A DNA stretch of 64,000 nucleotides from positions 1 to 64,000 of IMG/VR virus record IMGVR_UViG_3300032322_001295; one strand, given 5' to 3'. Position numbers and translations under genes: made by a program. The DNA is from a virus. Numbering within the stretch: position 1 is the stretch's first letter; the number at the start of each line of letters is the position of its first letter. Shown here in pieces: positions 47,728 to 57,555 of the stretch. The notes under the pieces are model-generated. The model was not told where the DNA came from, made no database searches, and was given only the letters and a program-made list of their open reading frames with translations.

Positions 47728-49047
47728 ATGGCGTATAAATTTAATCCCGTAACTGGCAAACTTGATTATTACGGTGCAGGAAATCTTTCAACTGTATTAG
47801 GAAATGGTAATACATCGGGTCCTAACGATATAGATTTTGATTCTGGTAGAGGTGTGTTTTTTGATAATGCTTCTAGAATAAAAGAAGGAACTACTGATGC
47901 TGGAAATGGTGGAGGTAAAGGAATAGCTTTATTTTGCTCTATTGATTACGAGTTAAAATGGGAAGCAGGTAGATTGTATGTAATTCAACAAGGTGGTTTT
48001 ATTATTAGACACTCTTTGTATAATTTTAATATTATACCGACTGCTGCCGATGATTCTACAAAAGGCTATCAGATTGGATCCTTGTGGACTTTAGACGATG
48101 GTTCTGTTTATTATTGCGCAGACAATACAATGGGGGCAGCGATTTGGGCATTGCAGCAAAATGCAGTTTCGACTTTGGACCAAGTTTTAGGATCTGGCAA
48201 TACAGCTAATAATAAATCAATAATTGATATCGATTTTTTGGATTTTGCAACATCATTGGGACATACAGTTGCAGAAAGTGAGCTTACTTGGAATGATACT
48301 GACGGAACCTTGGATTTAGGTCTCAAAGGTGGTTTAATCAATAAGGTTGGTCAGCAATTAGTAGTTCGTGCAAGAAATACAAGCGGTTCTTTAATTAGTA
48401 AGGGCAGCGTTGTAAAGGTGGTTGGAGTAGCAGGAGGATTTATAGGTATAAACTTGGCACAAGCAGACAATGACACAAATAGCGCAACAGCATTTGGTAT
48501 TGTTTCCGAAGACATCGCAAATAATTCTAATGGGTTTGTCACAATCAACGGGATTGTTCACGGAGTTAATACTAATGCTTATACAGAAGGAGATATTTTG
48601 TATCTTAGTCCAACTACACCAGGAGAAATAACAAATGTTAAACCAGTCTCTCCGTCTCACATTGTTATTGTCGGATATGTAGCAAAGAAAAGCGCAACAG
48701 ATGGACATATTTTGCTACATGTTCAGAATGGCTATGAGCTTGATGAGTTGCATAATGTGTTAATAACAACGCCTGAGAATGGCAATTTTTTAGAGTATAA
48801 CGGCACACTTTGGGTTAATCGTGGCATTATATATACGGTTGAGTTGATGGATGCATTAACGGTAGATTTTTACGCTCCATACGATTTAAAAATAAACACA
48901 ACTACAAATATCAAAAATGCTCCGACAATTACAATTCAAGACGATGGCGCTGCTTATACTTTGACAAATACTATTGCAGTAGGTAGTAAAATTACGGTAA
49001 CGGCATCGGTTGCAGGGGTTACAAATCTAAACATAACAAAAGCATAA
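47728..49047 (+). CDS. Tail fibre/spike-like protein
   Basis: YKFNPVTGKLD start; LxxVLxxGNT repeats; GYELDELHNV motif of phage fibre proteins. Confidence 0.65.
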   Translation: MAYKFNPVTGKLDYYGAGNLSTVLGNGNTSGPNDIDFDSGRGVFFDNASRIKEGTTDAGNGGGKGIALFCSIDYELKWEAGRLYVIQQGGFIIRHSLYNFNIIPTAADDSTKGYQIGSLWTLDDGSVYYCADNTMGAAIWALQQNAVSTLDQVLGSGNTANNKSIIDIDFLDFATSLGHTVAESELTWNDTDGTLDLGLKGGLINKVGQQLVVRARNTSGSLISKGSVVKVVGVAGGFIGINLAQADNDTNSATAFGIVSEDIANNSNGFVTINGIVHGVNTNAYTEGDILYLSPTTPGEITNVKPVSPSHIVIVGYVAKKSATDGHILLHVQNGYELDELHNVLITTPENGNFLEYNGTLWVNRGIIYTVELMDALTVDFYAPYDLKINTTTNIKNAPTITIQDDGAAYTLTNTIAVGSKITVTASVAGVTNLNITKA

Positions 49048-49049
49048 CT

Positions 49050-49670
49050 ATGGACACATATATAAAAGCAGTTCCTCCAAGCAGCAGTAGAAGCACCGCA
49101 CAGCTAATGAAAACAGGGCAAACTGTAAGTCAACAAACAGGTGACGATGGTGACTTGGAAGCAGGTAGAAATGTAGATTTTACTACATTAGCTGAAAATA
49201 ATCCTTTTGGAAATACAAACAGATTTACAAGTACAACTGGAAATCAAACATATACAAATACTATAATTATAGATTGGTCAACTTATAATGGAAACACAGT
49301 TTTAGGTTGGAGTAATACATTGAGAGGAGGCACAAGTGCAACTTGGTCGCAAAATATTTCAGCATCATTGCTGTTAAACATAGGTGGTTTTTCTTCAGGT
49401 TGGAGAATACCAAATATTACTGAATTATTATCAATTATTAGTTTTGGCTTTAATCCTGCTACTTATGTTTTTAATTTTTTAAATTATAGCCCTTTTAATA
49501 TTTTAGCAAATTTAAGTACCTCAAGTAGAGCAAGCACAAATACTGTTTATAAAATAAATGTTTCATCAGGTTCAAGTCCAGCAGCATTTTCGATTGTTGA
49601 TAGATTTTCTCAAACTAACAGTTATATAGCTTGTAGAACTTTTACAGTAACAGGAACAACACTTTCATAA
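49050..49670 (+). CDS. DUF1566 (Lcl-C, C-type lectin-like) protein, candidate receptor-binding protein
   Basis: KTGQT...GDDGDLEAG and GGFSSGWRIPNITELLSI. Confidence 0.65.
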   Translation: MDTYIKAVPPSSSRSTAQLMKTGQTVSQQTGDDGDLEAGRNVDFTTLAENNPFGNTNRFTSTTGNQTYTNTIIIDWSTYNGNTVLGWSNTLRGGTSATWSQNISASLLLNIGGFSSGWRIPNITELLSIISFGFNPATYVFNFLNYSPFNILANLSTSSRASTNTVYKINVSSGSSPAAFSIVDRFSQTNSYIACRTFTVTGTTLS

Positions 49671-49687
49671 CATAAAAAAATAATACA

Positions 49688-49921
49688 ATGACATACAAGT
49701 TTCCACAATTTAATATTGAAATTATAGACCCTTCAGTATTAGTTAGTTTAAATACAATACAAGATAGAGCTCTTGATAAACTTTTATCTGTTTTTGTTAT
49801 CCTAACAACAGATACGGCAGAATTTGGAGTTATTGCTGAAAATATGCCATATGTAAATACTTGGGAAGATAGCGACATTCCCGATATGGTTAATATTTGG
49901 TTAGCTCAATACGAAGTATAA
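49688..49921 (+). CDS. Small protein (possible fibre chaperone)
   Basis: 77 aa following the fibre genes. Confidence 0.55.
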   Translation: MTYKFPQFNIEIIDPSVLVSLNTIQDRALDKLLSVFVILTTDTAEFGVIAENMPYVNTWEDSDIPDMVNIWLAQYEV

Positions 49922-49931
49922 AAAATCTGTT

Positions 49932-50141
49932 ATGTTAGGCGGTATCTTAGATGAAGAAGAAAAATTATATTTGTCTGATAAATTTTATGATGAATATAAG
50001 CCATTTACTCCTATGTTAGATGCAGAAGATAATTGGATATTACCATTGTATCAAATATTTGAAAACAAAAATATAGACTGTTGGTGGGTAAAGCATTTGT
50101 CAATAGTTGAGTTTAAGTCACATAATAAATATCAAAATTAA
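49932..50141 (+). CDS. Small hypothetical protein
   Basis: 69 aa; FTPMLDAEDNWIL...WVKHL pattern. Confidence 0.55.
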   Translation: MLGGILDEEEKLYLSDKFYDEYKPFTPMLDAEDNWILPLYQIFENKNIDCWWVKHLSIVEFKSHNKYQN

Positions 50142-50142
50142 A

Positions 50143-50442
50143 ATGAAATCCTTATTGTTACAAGTACCCCAAGAGATAAGCTATCTTACTAACTATGGCA
50201 TTTTAGGTGTTTTCGCTATTCTCATGATTGGCGTCATATATTTTATGGGAAAACAGTTTTTGGCTTTGCATAAAAAAAACGAAGCAAGAATACAGGAGTT
50301 AGAAAAACGACATGACCAATATATGACAGAAGATCGTGTAAGACTCATTGATACAGTAAATAGTAACAATAATGTTATCGAAAACAACACAGCAATGATG
50401 AAAAAACTTCTTCACCTTGTCGAAAGACTAGAAAAAAACTAA
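50143..50442 (+). CDS. Holin-like single-TM coiled-coil protein
   Basis: Start re-called at MKSLLL; TM YGILGVFAILMIGVIYF then coiled coil. Confidence 0.55.
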   Translation: MKSLLLQVPQEISYLTNYGILGVFAILMIGVIYFMGKQFLALHKKNEARIQELEKRHDQYMTEDRVRLIDTVNSNNNVIENNTAMMKKLLHLVERLEKN

Positions 50443-50447
50443 CTAAT

Positions 50448-50726
50448 ATGTTTAACTTCCTTAAAGAAAGCACCGACGTATCTAGCATGCGAGTAACATT
50501 GTTTATAGGAACACTATGTATATGTCTTTTGACTATTGGTGTTTTTATTTATTTAATGATTCACGCTGTTAAGTGCACAGACATTGACTGGTCAGGTATG
50601 TCAATCTTTTTGACTAGTTTGGCTGCATTTACCGGAACGCTATTGTACGGAAAAGTACAGCAAAAAAAAGTAGAAAAATCTCATCTTGACAATCAAAATA
50701 TAGAACAAAATGGCCAGAATGTTTAA
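50448..50726 (+). CDS. Putative holin (two TM)
   Basis: SSMR + TM1, TM2 + GKVQQKKVE charged tail. Confidence 0.6.
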   Translation: MFNFLKESTDVSSMRVTLFIGTLCICLLTIGVFIYLMIHAVKCTDIDWSGMSIFLTSLAAFTGTLLYGKVQQKKVEKSHLDNQNIEQNGQNV

Positions 50727-51153
50727 CTCAAACAAAGTACGTTCTTTCTTTCAAAAGAAAAAACAAATATTTGTAGATGGTTGCTGCGAAGTTACAGAAC
50801 CTTGTTGCCCTAATGTAGTTTTAGGAAGATATAAAGTTTATTTTGATGATGGCACTATTCCAGTAGAAATTACTGATGGACTTTCGTTTTATAAAACACT
50901 TGCAAATGGAACAAAATGGGTATTTTATTTAGAAACTATAGGACCGGTTGATGTTGATATTATTAATATACTTGTTACACCATCTGTACTTAATACAGTT
51001 GTAAATACTCCTGGCACTGCTGTATATCCACCAGGTTTAGGTTTTTATCCTATAATTCAATCTGGTGTTGGTTTTGCTGGAGGCAACTTTACAGTTACAA
51101 TTGTAACAGATAGCGGAAACTTTACTTTTACTGCAAACATAACAATGATATAA
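50710..51153 (+). CDS. Putative structural protein with CC...CC cluster
   Basis: GCCEVTEPCCP then Ig-like beta composition. Confidence 0.55.
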   Translation: MARMFNSNKVRSFFQKKKQIFVDGCCEVTEPCCPNVVLGRYKVYFDDGTIPVEITDGLSFYKTLANGTKWVFYLETIGPVDVDIINILVTPSVLNTVVNTPGTAVYPPGLGFYPIIQSGVGFAGGNFTVTIVTDSGNFTFTANITMI

Positions 51154-51155
51154 TT

Positions 51156-51653
51156 ATGGCAATATTTTCTAAAAACGCTAACCGCGCTGCTTTATTTGGC
51201 AAGCAAAAACTATATGACAAATGCTGCACTCCAGAGGTAGAAGAGTGTTGCTATTCAACAGATCCTTTACCAAGACCTCCAGCTCCTCCATGTCAAGAAT
51301 GTGGAATGAATATAGATAAGTTTATGATAATAGATGGAGTAGAATATGAAATTGGAACTCCTGGTTTATCTTTTGACATATCATTGTTACCATTTACTAT
51401 TGAAGTGTATTTTGAAAATAAAAATCCTTTATGTAATGCAAATTTTCAAGGAAGAATAACAGGAGACACAAGTGAACCAAATGTAACTATTAATACACTA
51501 GGATTATCAGTAATAGCGCCAAATTCTATTGAACTAGTAGCAACAGTAAATGTAACTAATGGAGTCATTGCAGGAACATATTCTTTTTCTATTTATTATA
51601 AGCTTTGTGATGATAATTATGTTGCAACACAATCATTTGAAATAACTGATTAA
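51156..51653 (+). CDS. Putative structural protein with CC...CC cluster
   Basis: KCCTPEVEECCY, PCQEC; N-terminus parallels the preceding gene. Confidence 0.55.
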   Translation: MAIFSKNANRAALFGKQKLYDKCCTPEVEECCYSTDPLPRPPAPPCQECGMNIDKFMIIDGVEYEIGTPGLSFDISLLPFTIEVYFENKNPLCNANFQGRITGDTSEPNVTINTLGLSVIAPNSIELVATVNVTNGVIAGTYSFSIYYKLCDDNYVATQSFEITD

Positions 51654-51655
51654 TA

Positions 51656-53797
51656 ATGGCAAATAACGTCATAGACATTGCCGGATATAAAATAAATGCT
51701 CAATCAAATATTATTCTTGATGGCACTAAACCAGTCAACAAAAGATATTATAGATCTTCTTTGTTGCCTGAGAACATATCCTGCTATGACGACCACATGT
51801 GTAAGTTTCAAAACGTAGAGTTGTTTCAGCCAGTTATTTATGACCTTGACAACCCTATGCCAAAATACAATCGCGCGTGGGAAGTATATGACAATCCAAA
51901 TATTAAAAAGAAAAAATTGATACGTATTAACTTTCCAAGGCATTACATGGAATGGTGGTACGAGCAGCGCAGAAGATGTATCGATGGTTACACTACTGGC
52001 GGTGTATATCTTACTGGGGCAAACTATTGGTATTTAAACTTTTGGCGCATTAAGACTAAAGAGAAAGGTGCCGGTCTTATACCGCCAAGGTTTATTGACA
52101 TGGACAAAGAGTTTTTTGATTTACTAGAACAAGCAAAAACAAATGACAAAAACTTATTATGCCTTAAGCGACGTCAGATTGGTTTTACAGAAAAAATGGC
52201 AGCGTTATGCGCGCTCGAAGCATTACTATATCCATCATCGCAGACGCTAATAGTTGCTGGTCTTGATGATTACGCTATTAACTGTTTCAATAAAGTTGTT
52301 ATGGGTATTGATGCTTTGTCGCCATACTCACAAGAGCAATCAGGCAGAGAGTTCTTTAAGCGTAAGCTAAAAGATATTCCCCAATATGTTAAGTTTGGCT
52401 TTGAAGCAACAAGTGTACAGAAAGGATATTTGTCAGAGATATTTGCCATCACTACTAAAGACAACGCACAAGCCGCATCTGGTAAATCTCCTACCTTAGT
52501 GTTTATGGAAGAAGCTGGTATCAATCCGCTTTTAAAGCGTGTGTACAATATGATACAGCCATCTATTGAAGAAAATGGTAAACAAAATGGGCGTATTAAT
52601 GTCATAGTTGGTACCGGTGGTGAAATGAAAAAAGGTGTAGCAGATCTTATGGATATGTTTTACAAACCAGACAAGTATAATCTTTTGGCAGTGCAAAACA
52701 TTTATGAGCCTGGCGCAGAAAATACAAGATGTTGTCCGTTTTTTCCTGCGTGGTATTTTTATGTTATGGATAACGATGGCAATAGCTATAAAGAACCATC
52801 ATTAGAACTTATTAAGCAGAAGCGTAAAAAGATTGGTAACAACAAAAAGGATTTGCACGAAAACAAAACACAGATGCCATTAACTCCAACTGAGGCGTTT
52901 AGTTCATCTGGATTGTCACCATTCAATACAGAAAAGTTAGAAAGGCAATTGCAAAAGTTATTGTCTGAAGAGTGGGAAGATAAGTTACAGCAAGGTAAGT
53001 TTGAAGAAATAGTAGAGAATAGTAAAATAGTTGGTGTGCGTTGGATTGCAGCGCCAATGGGCATGGAAGATGCAATAGATCATGAGGGTGACTTTATGTA
53101 TCCATTTATTATTGTTGAACATCCTGATAGGCCCGAACACGTAAGTTCTGTTGGATATGAATATTACACTGGTTCTGGAAATATTCAAGGTTTGTATGGT
53201 GCCGGCACTGACTCTTACGATAAAGACGAAGCAAACGCATCAGATTCTGAAGGTTCATTTGTTGTGATGAAAGGATATCACTCATCAAACAAAACATCAA
53301 TGATGCCTGTTGCTAGATTGACATGGCGCCCGGTAAAGAAAGAAAAGTTTTACAAACAGACAGCATTGGCTTGTATGTATTATGGCGATTGCGAGAACTT
53401 GATAGAGTGGTCAAACATTGCTATTTTTGACTGGTACAAAAATAATGACTTTGACCATTTGTTGAAAGAAAGGCCCGAAATAGCTTATGCTACAATAAAG
53501 GATAGTAAAGTAAATAATAGATTTGGTGTTGACCCTAATACTAAACCGGTATGGATTGAACACTTTTCATCTTATGTGGAAGATTATGCAGACAATATAT
53601 ATGACCTTGTAATAGTTCAAAAGCTAAGAGATTTTCGCTCTAAAGATCATAACTGTGACATTACCATATCAGTTATGTTAGCATATGAAGGTATATTGGA
53701 TGACATAAAAAAAGGTTATGATAAGGTGGTAGAGTCAACAAATAGTATTATGTTTACAGGATTTATGAAAAGAAACGGCAGATTACAAAGAGTATGA
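51656..53797 (+). CDS. terL: Terminase large subunit (crAss-like)
   Basis: TGANYWYLNF, KRRQIGFT (Walker A), FMEEAG (Walker B), GTGG, GTDSYD (RNase H-like nuclease). Confidence 0.92.
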   Translation: MANNVIDIAGYKINAQSNIILDGTKPVNKRYYRSSLLPENISCYDDHMCKFQNVELFQPVIYDLDNPMPKYNRAWEVYDNPNIKKKKLIRINFPRHYMEWWYEQRRRCIDGYTTGGVYLTGANYWYLNFWRIKTKEKGAGLIPPRFIDMDKEFFDLLEQAKTNDKNLLCLKRRQIGFTEKMAALCALEALLYPSSQTLIVAGLDDYAINCFNKVVMGIDALSPYSQEQSGREFFKRKLKDIPQYVKFGFEATSVQKGYLSEIFAITTKDNAQAASGKSPTLVFMEEAGINPLLKRVYNMIQPSIEENGKQNGRINVIVGTGGEMKKGVADLMDMFYKPDKYNLLAVQNIYEPGAENTRCCPFFPAWYFYVMDNDGNSYKEPSLELIKQKRKKIGNNKKDLHENKTQMPLTPTEAFSSSGLSPFNTEKLERQLQKLLSEEWEDKLQQGKFEEIVENSKIVGVRWIAAPMGMEDAIDHEGDFMYPFIIVEHPDRPEHVSSVGYEYYTGSGNIQGLYGAGTDSYDKDEANASDSEGSFVVMKGYHSSNKTSMMPVARLTWRPVKKEKFYKQTALACMYYGDCENLIEWSNIAIFDWYKNNDFDHLLKERPEIAYATIKDSKVNNRFGVDPNTKPVWIEHFSSYVEDYADNIYDLVIVQKLRDFRSKDHNCDITISVMLAYEGILDDIKKGYDKVVESTNSIMFTGFMKRNGRLQRV

Positions 53798-56412
53798 TAT
53801 ACGGAGAGTTTTATCCAGTGCCATTAGAGAGCTTACCAAAAGACGAGCAGGAAAAATATGCTAAGTCTTTAATGGATAGCTATATAGAACAGAATCACAG
53901 GGATGGTGGGCTTCAAATGAATGTGCCACTTGAAAGCACTTCTGTTCGTTCTCGCATGGACAAAATAACCTATTGCCGCGCTCTTTGGAATAACGAACTT
54001 GATGATGCAAGGTTTGGTTATCTGTACAATAAGATAGACAAGCAGGTTCATGACAGTCAATCTGGAATAGATGATATTATTACTCTTGAGATGCCTGCAC
54101 GTGTACGTAACATTCCAATAGTAAGACCAAAGCTACAAGCACTTATATCTGAAGAAATGTCAAGACCTGTTGTTACCAAAGTAATTGGAATGACAGATGA
54201 AATAGTTGGCAAGAAATTAGAAAACATTAAGAATGACATTTTAGATAAGCAACTGCAAAAGATAAAGCAGAATCAACTTATAAATGCTACCAATCGAGCT
54301 TTGCTACAAATGCAACAGCAAATGATGCAGCAGTTAGCGCAGGATCCTCAGGCGCAACAGATGATTATTCAGATGCAAGTTGAATTAGAGCATTTGCAAA
54401 ACTTACTACAAAATGACATTGTAATAACAGGTGAAGAAGTAAGAAGAATCAGAGAATATTATCAGTATTCACATAAAGAGTTTGAGGAAAAGCTTTGTTC
54501 GCAAGCATTAGAAGAGTTTGTAGACAGCAAAAGGTTACGACACTTAATGAATAACTTCTTTGAGGAAATGATGATTACCGGTGAACCTATTTGGTATTGC
54601 GACTGGGAGCCTGGATTATCTGAACCCGAAGTTAGACTAATAAGACCTGAATATCTTTGGTATCAAGCAAACGAAGCGGCAAAGTATTTACACGAACTAG
54701 ACTGGATAGTAGAATATAGTCCAATGTCAATAGGACAAGTTATTCAATATTACGGAGCAGACATAACAGAAGAAAACTTAGAAACATTAAGAAGCGAGTT
54801 TCCAATGTTTTCGCAAGATGCGTGGTACAGAACAAATCTTACTAACTTTCCAGATGGCAGTCCATCGGGTTGGTATAGTGGTAATGATTATTTGTACTCA
54901 CACCAAGTAGACACTTATAAAGTAAATTGGAAAGAACAAGTTGAAGTTTATGCATTGTATTCAGAAAACAAAAACTATACTCCCTACTTCTCGGAGAAGC
55001 CGCCTTTCGTTAAATTCCTCACGCCGGAAGAGTATAAAGATCTTACTGCCACAGAATCAAAAAGAAAACGTCTTGAAAAAAAAGGACAGAAAATACTTAA
55101 AGCATATCGTGTTGACAGATGGTCAGGTGTCCGAATAGGAACAATGACTTACATTAAAATAAAAAAACATGATTTTCAATATCGCACTCATGACAGGCTT
55201 TCAGACATTGCGTTACCATACATAGGATTTGCTAACAACAGATTCTATAAAGCATATTCTCCGTTATGGGAAACTAAAGACATTCAGGAACTGTACAACA
55301 TACTGCATTATCAAGAAGAACTCTTGATTGCATTATCTGGTGTTAAAGGTATTATTTATGACCTATCGCAAATGCCAAGCGGTATGACACCACAAGAGGT
55401 AATGTACTACATGAAACAAGGTCTTGGTTTGATCGAAACGGTTAAACCAAATGGTAAAGCAGTACGTACTTCTTTTAATCAGTTTGCTACATACGATATG
55501 ACTGTATCTCCTGCAATACAATCAATAATGATTATTAAGGAATCACTCAATACATTAGCTGGTGAGATTACTGGGGTAACAAGACAAAAGACAGGACAGG
55601 TACTTGCATCAGATCAAGTAGGTACATCGCAAATGGCATTGGCGCAATCTAATGTTGTTACTGAGTATTACTTTATGAAAACCGATGAACTAAATGAACT
55701 TTTATTTACTAGACTTTGTAACATATTTCCATACGCATACGCGGAAGGTAAGCGTGGTATGTACGTAGTAGGCAAAGAAAGACAAGAAATACTAAACATA
55801 CAAAAAGATCAATTGAAAGGAGAGTTTAGAACTATAGTAAACTCAGGTAGCAAAGAACGTGAGATAATGCGTACGGCAAAACAGATGGCTCAGATGAAGT
55901 TCCAACAAGGACAGATAGGTGCTTCTGATTTTCTTGATTTACTAGATACTGATACTATGTTTGAAATGCGCAAACTATTAAAAGATGCAGAACAACGCGT
56001 ATTAGAAACTACTCAAAAAATGCAAAGCGATTCTGCAGAACAACAGAAACAAGCACAGATAGAAGTTGAGCAAATGAAGATGCAGATGCAACAACAAATA
56101 GCACAAATGTCTAGTCAAGTTGAAGGGCAACTATTACAACTTAAAGGACAAATAGACTTGCAAAAAGAGCAAATGAAAATACAAAACGCACAGACTCAAA
56201 TGCAAGTACAACAACAAGCAGAACAACAAAAATTAGAAATAGAACAAGAAAAAGTAGAAAACGAGAAACAAGTTGAGTTAGCTTATCTTAACTTTGCATA
56301 TACAGAACTCGAGGTTAATGCGACGAACCAACGAGCACAGATGCTGATAAATAGAGCGAAAACAGCACTAGAAATGAAATCGTCCGCTAAAAAAGAACGT
56401 GTAAAAGACTAA
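53794..56412 (+). CDS. Portal protein
   Basis: 872 aa directly after TerL; NIPIVRPKLQALISEE, GEITGVTRQKTGQ; Gln-rich C-terminal barrel. Confidence 0.85.
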   Translation: MIYGEFYPVPLESLPKDEQEKYAKSLMDSYIEQNHRDGGLQMNVPLESTSVRSRMDKITYCRALWNNELDDARFGYLYNKIDKQVHDSQSGIDDIITLEMPARVRNIPIVRPKLQALISEEMSRPVVTKVIGMTDEIVGKKLENIKNDILDKQLQKIKQNQLINATNRALLQMQQQMMQQLAQDPQAQQMIIQMQVELEHLQNLLQNDIVITGEEVRRIREYYQYSHKEFEEKLCSQALEEFVDSKRLRHLMNNFFEEMMITGEPIWYCDWEPGLSEPEVRLIRPEYLWYQANEAAKYLHELDWIVEYSPMSIGQVIQYYGADITEENLETLRSEFPMFSQDAWYRTNLTNFPDGSPSGWYSGNDYLYSHQVDTYKVNWKEQVEVYALYSENKNYTPYFSEKPPFVKFLTPEEYKDLTATESKRKRLEKKGQKILKAYRVDRWSGVRIGTMTYIKIKKHDFQYRTHDRLSDIALPYIGFANNRFYKAYSPLWETKDIQELYNILHYQEELLIALSGVKGIIYDLSQMPSGMTPQEVMYYMKQGLGLIETVKPNGKAVRTSFNQFATYDMTVSPAIQSIMIIKESLNTLAGEITGVTRQKTGQVLASDQVGTSQMALAQSNVVTEYYFMKTDELNELLFTRLCNIFPYAYAEGKRGMYVVGKERQEILNIQKDQLKGEFRTIVNSGSKEREIMRTAKQMAQMKFQQGQIGASDFLDLLDTDTMFEMRKLLKDAEQRVLETTQKMQSDSAEQQKQAQIEVEQMKMQMQQQIAQMSSQVEGQLLQLKGQIDLQKEQMKIQNAQTQMQVQQQAEQQKLEIEQEKVENEKQVELAYLNFAYTELEVNATNQRAQMLINRAKTALEMKSSAKKERVKD

Positions 56413-56416
56413 GAAC

Positions 56417-57550
56417 ATGGAAAACGAAAACAACTTTGTAGACACATCGGGTGCAGATTTTGCCACTCAGTTTAAAGCTCCTGATATGGATTTTCAGGAT
56501 GACTTCTTTGGTGACGAAGGATTACAAGAACAAGATGATGTTCAAGAAAACTTTGATGAGTTTGATAATCCAATCGATAATGACGATAATGATTATCAAA
56601 ACAATAATAATGATAACAATTCTGAAAATACTACTGGAAACCCGGTATTAGATTCTTATTTGCAATGGGCCATAGAAAGAAATATCGATGTAAGAAATCA
56701 AGGCATTGATGTAGATAACTTTGATGCCGATGCAATGGATAAATTAGTAGGTGAATACTATATCCAAAAGAAACTTGGTGGCGTAGACCCTCGCATAGCA
56801 GAACTATCTGAGCAAGGTATAAGTCTTGACGAGTACATGCAGCATAAAAACTATTTGCAAGGTATTGCCAATCAAGATCCAGTACAGTTGTACAAGGCAT
56901 CAATGTATGACCATTTGCTTAAATCAGAATCGCAACTAGGTTCTATTAACGTAGATCAATATGGTAATCCTGATGATGCAAGTATGAGATATCTTGTAAA
57001 TGAAGTAGAGCGTAGAGTACAAAATATGAATCCAGATGCTATTAAACAGAGAGGACAGCAGATTCAACAGTCTTACATGCAGGAAATAAATAGACTTCCT
57101 GATAACTTAATTCAGCAACAACAACAGAAATATACATCCGAACTTCAGAGGTATAACACCGAAGTCGAAGAGCTTACAAGTTTATTTAAAGATAGGCTTT
57201 CAAAAAGTGATAATCTTGTCATTGACTTCTCAGGCCAGTCCGAGAAAGATGATTTTATCAATTATATGAAACAGAATCTTGAAATACACAATTATCAAGG
57301 TCAGCAGGTGGTGCCCCTGTTACACCGATTGCAAAACGACGCTGAATATTTGGCCACTACTATGAGGTTGTTGCACATGCACGATAAAGGTTATTTCACA
57401 GACTTGAAAAATATGGAGCGCAACGCTGCATTCAAAAAGTTAAGTGTAACACCAGTATTGAGCAAAAACTCTAAACAACAATCAACGGGCGGACCTGGAA
57501 AGTATGTAGATACATCTGACCCGAATTATTTAAAAAGATTTAAACGCTAA
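56417..57550 (+). CDS. Putative capsid scaffolding protein
   Basis: Acidic N-terminus and helical body, between portal and MCP as in crAss-like phages. Confidence 0.6.
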   Translation: MENENNFVDTSGADFATQFKAPDMDFQDDFFGDEGLQEQDDVQENFDEFDNPIDNDDNDYQNNNNDNNSENTTGNPVLDSYLQWAIERNIDVRNQGIDVDNFDADAMDKLVGEYYIQKKLGGVDPRIAELSEQGISLDEYMQHKNYLQGIANQDPVQLYKASMYDHLLKSESQLGSINVDQYGNPDDASMRYLVNEVERRVQNMNPDAIKQRGQQIQQSYMQEINRLPDNLIQQQQQKYTSELQRYNTEVEELTSLFKDRLSKSDNLVIDFSGQSEKDDFINYMKQNLEIHNYQGQQVVPLLHRLQNDAEYLATTMRLLHMHDKGYFTDLKNMERNAAFKKLSVTPVLSKNSKQQSTGGPGKYVDTSDPNYLKRFKR

Positions 57551-57555
57551 AAAAA

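Noticed and set aside
49050-49670. Diversity-generating retroelement targeting the DUF1566 gene
   Set aside because: I saw no reverse transcriptase and no template-repeat copy in the window; one elsewhere cannot be excluded.
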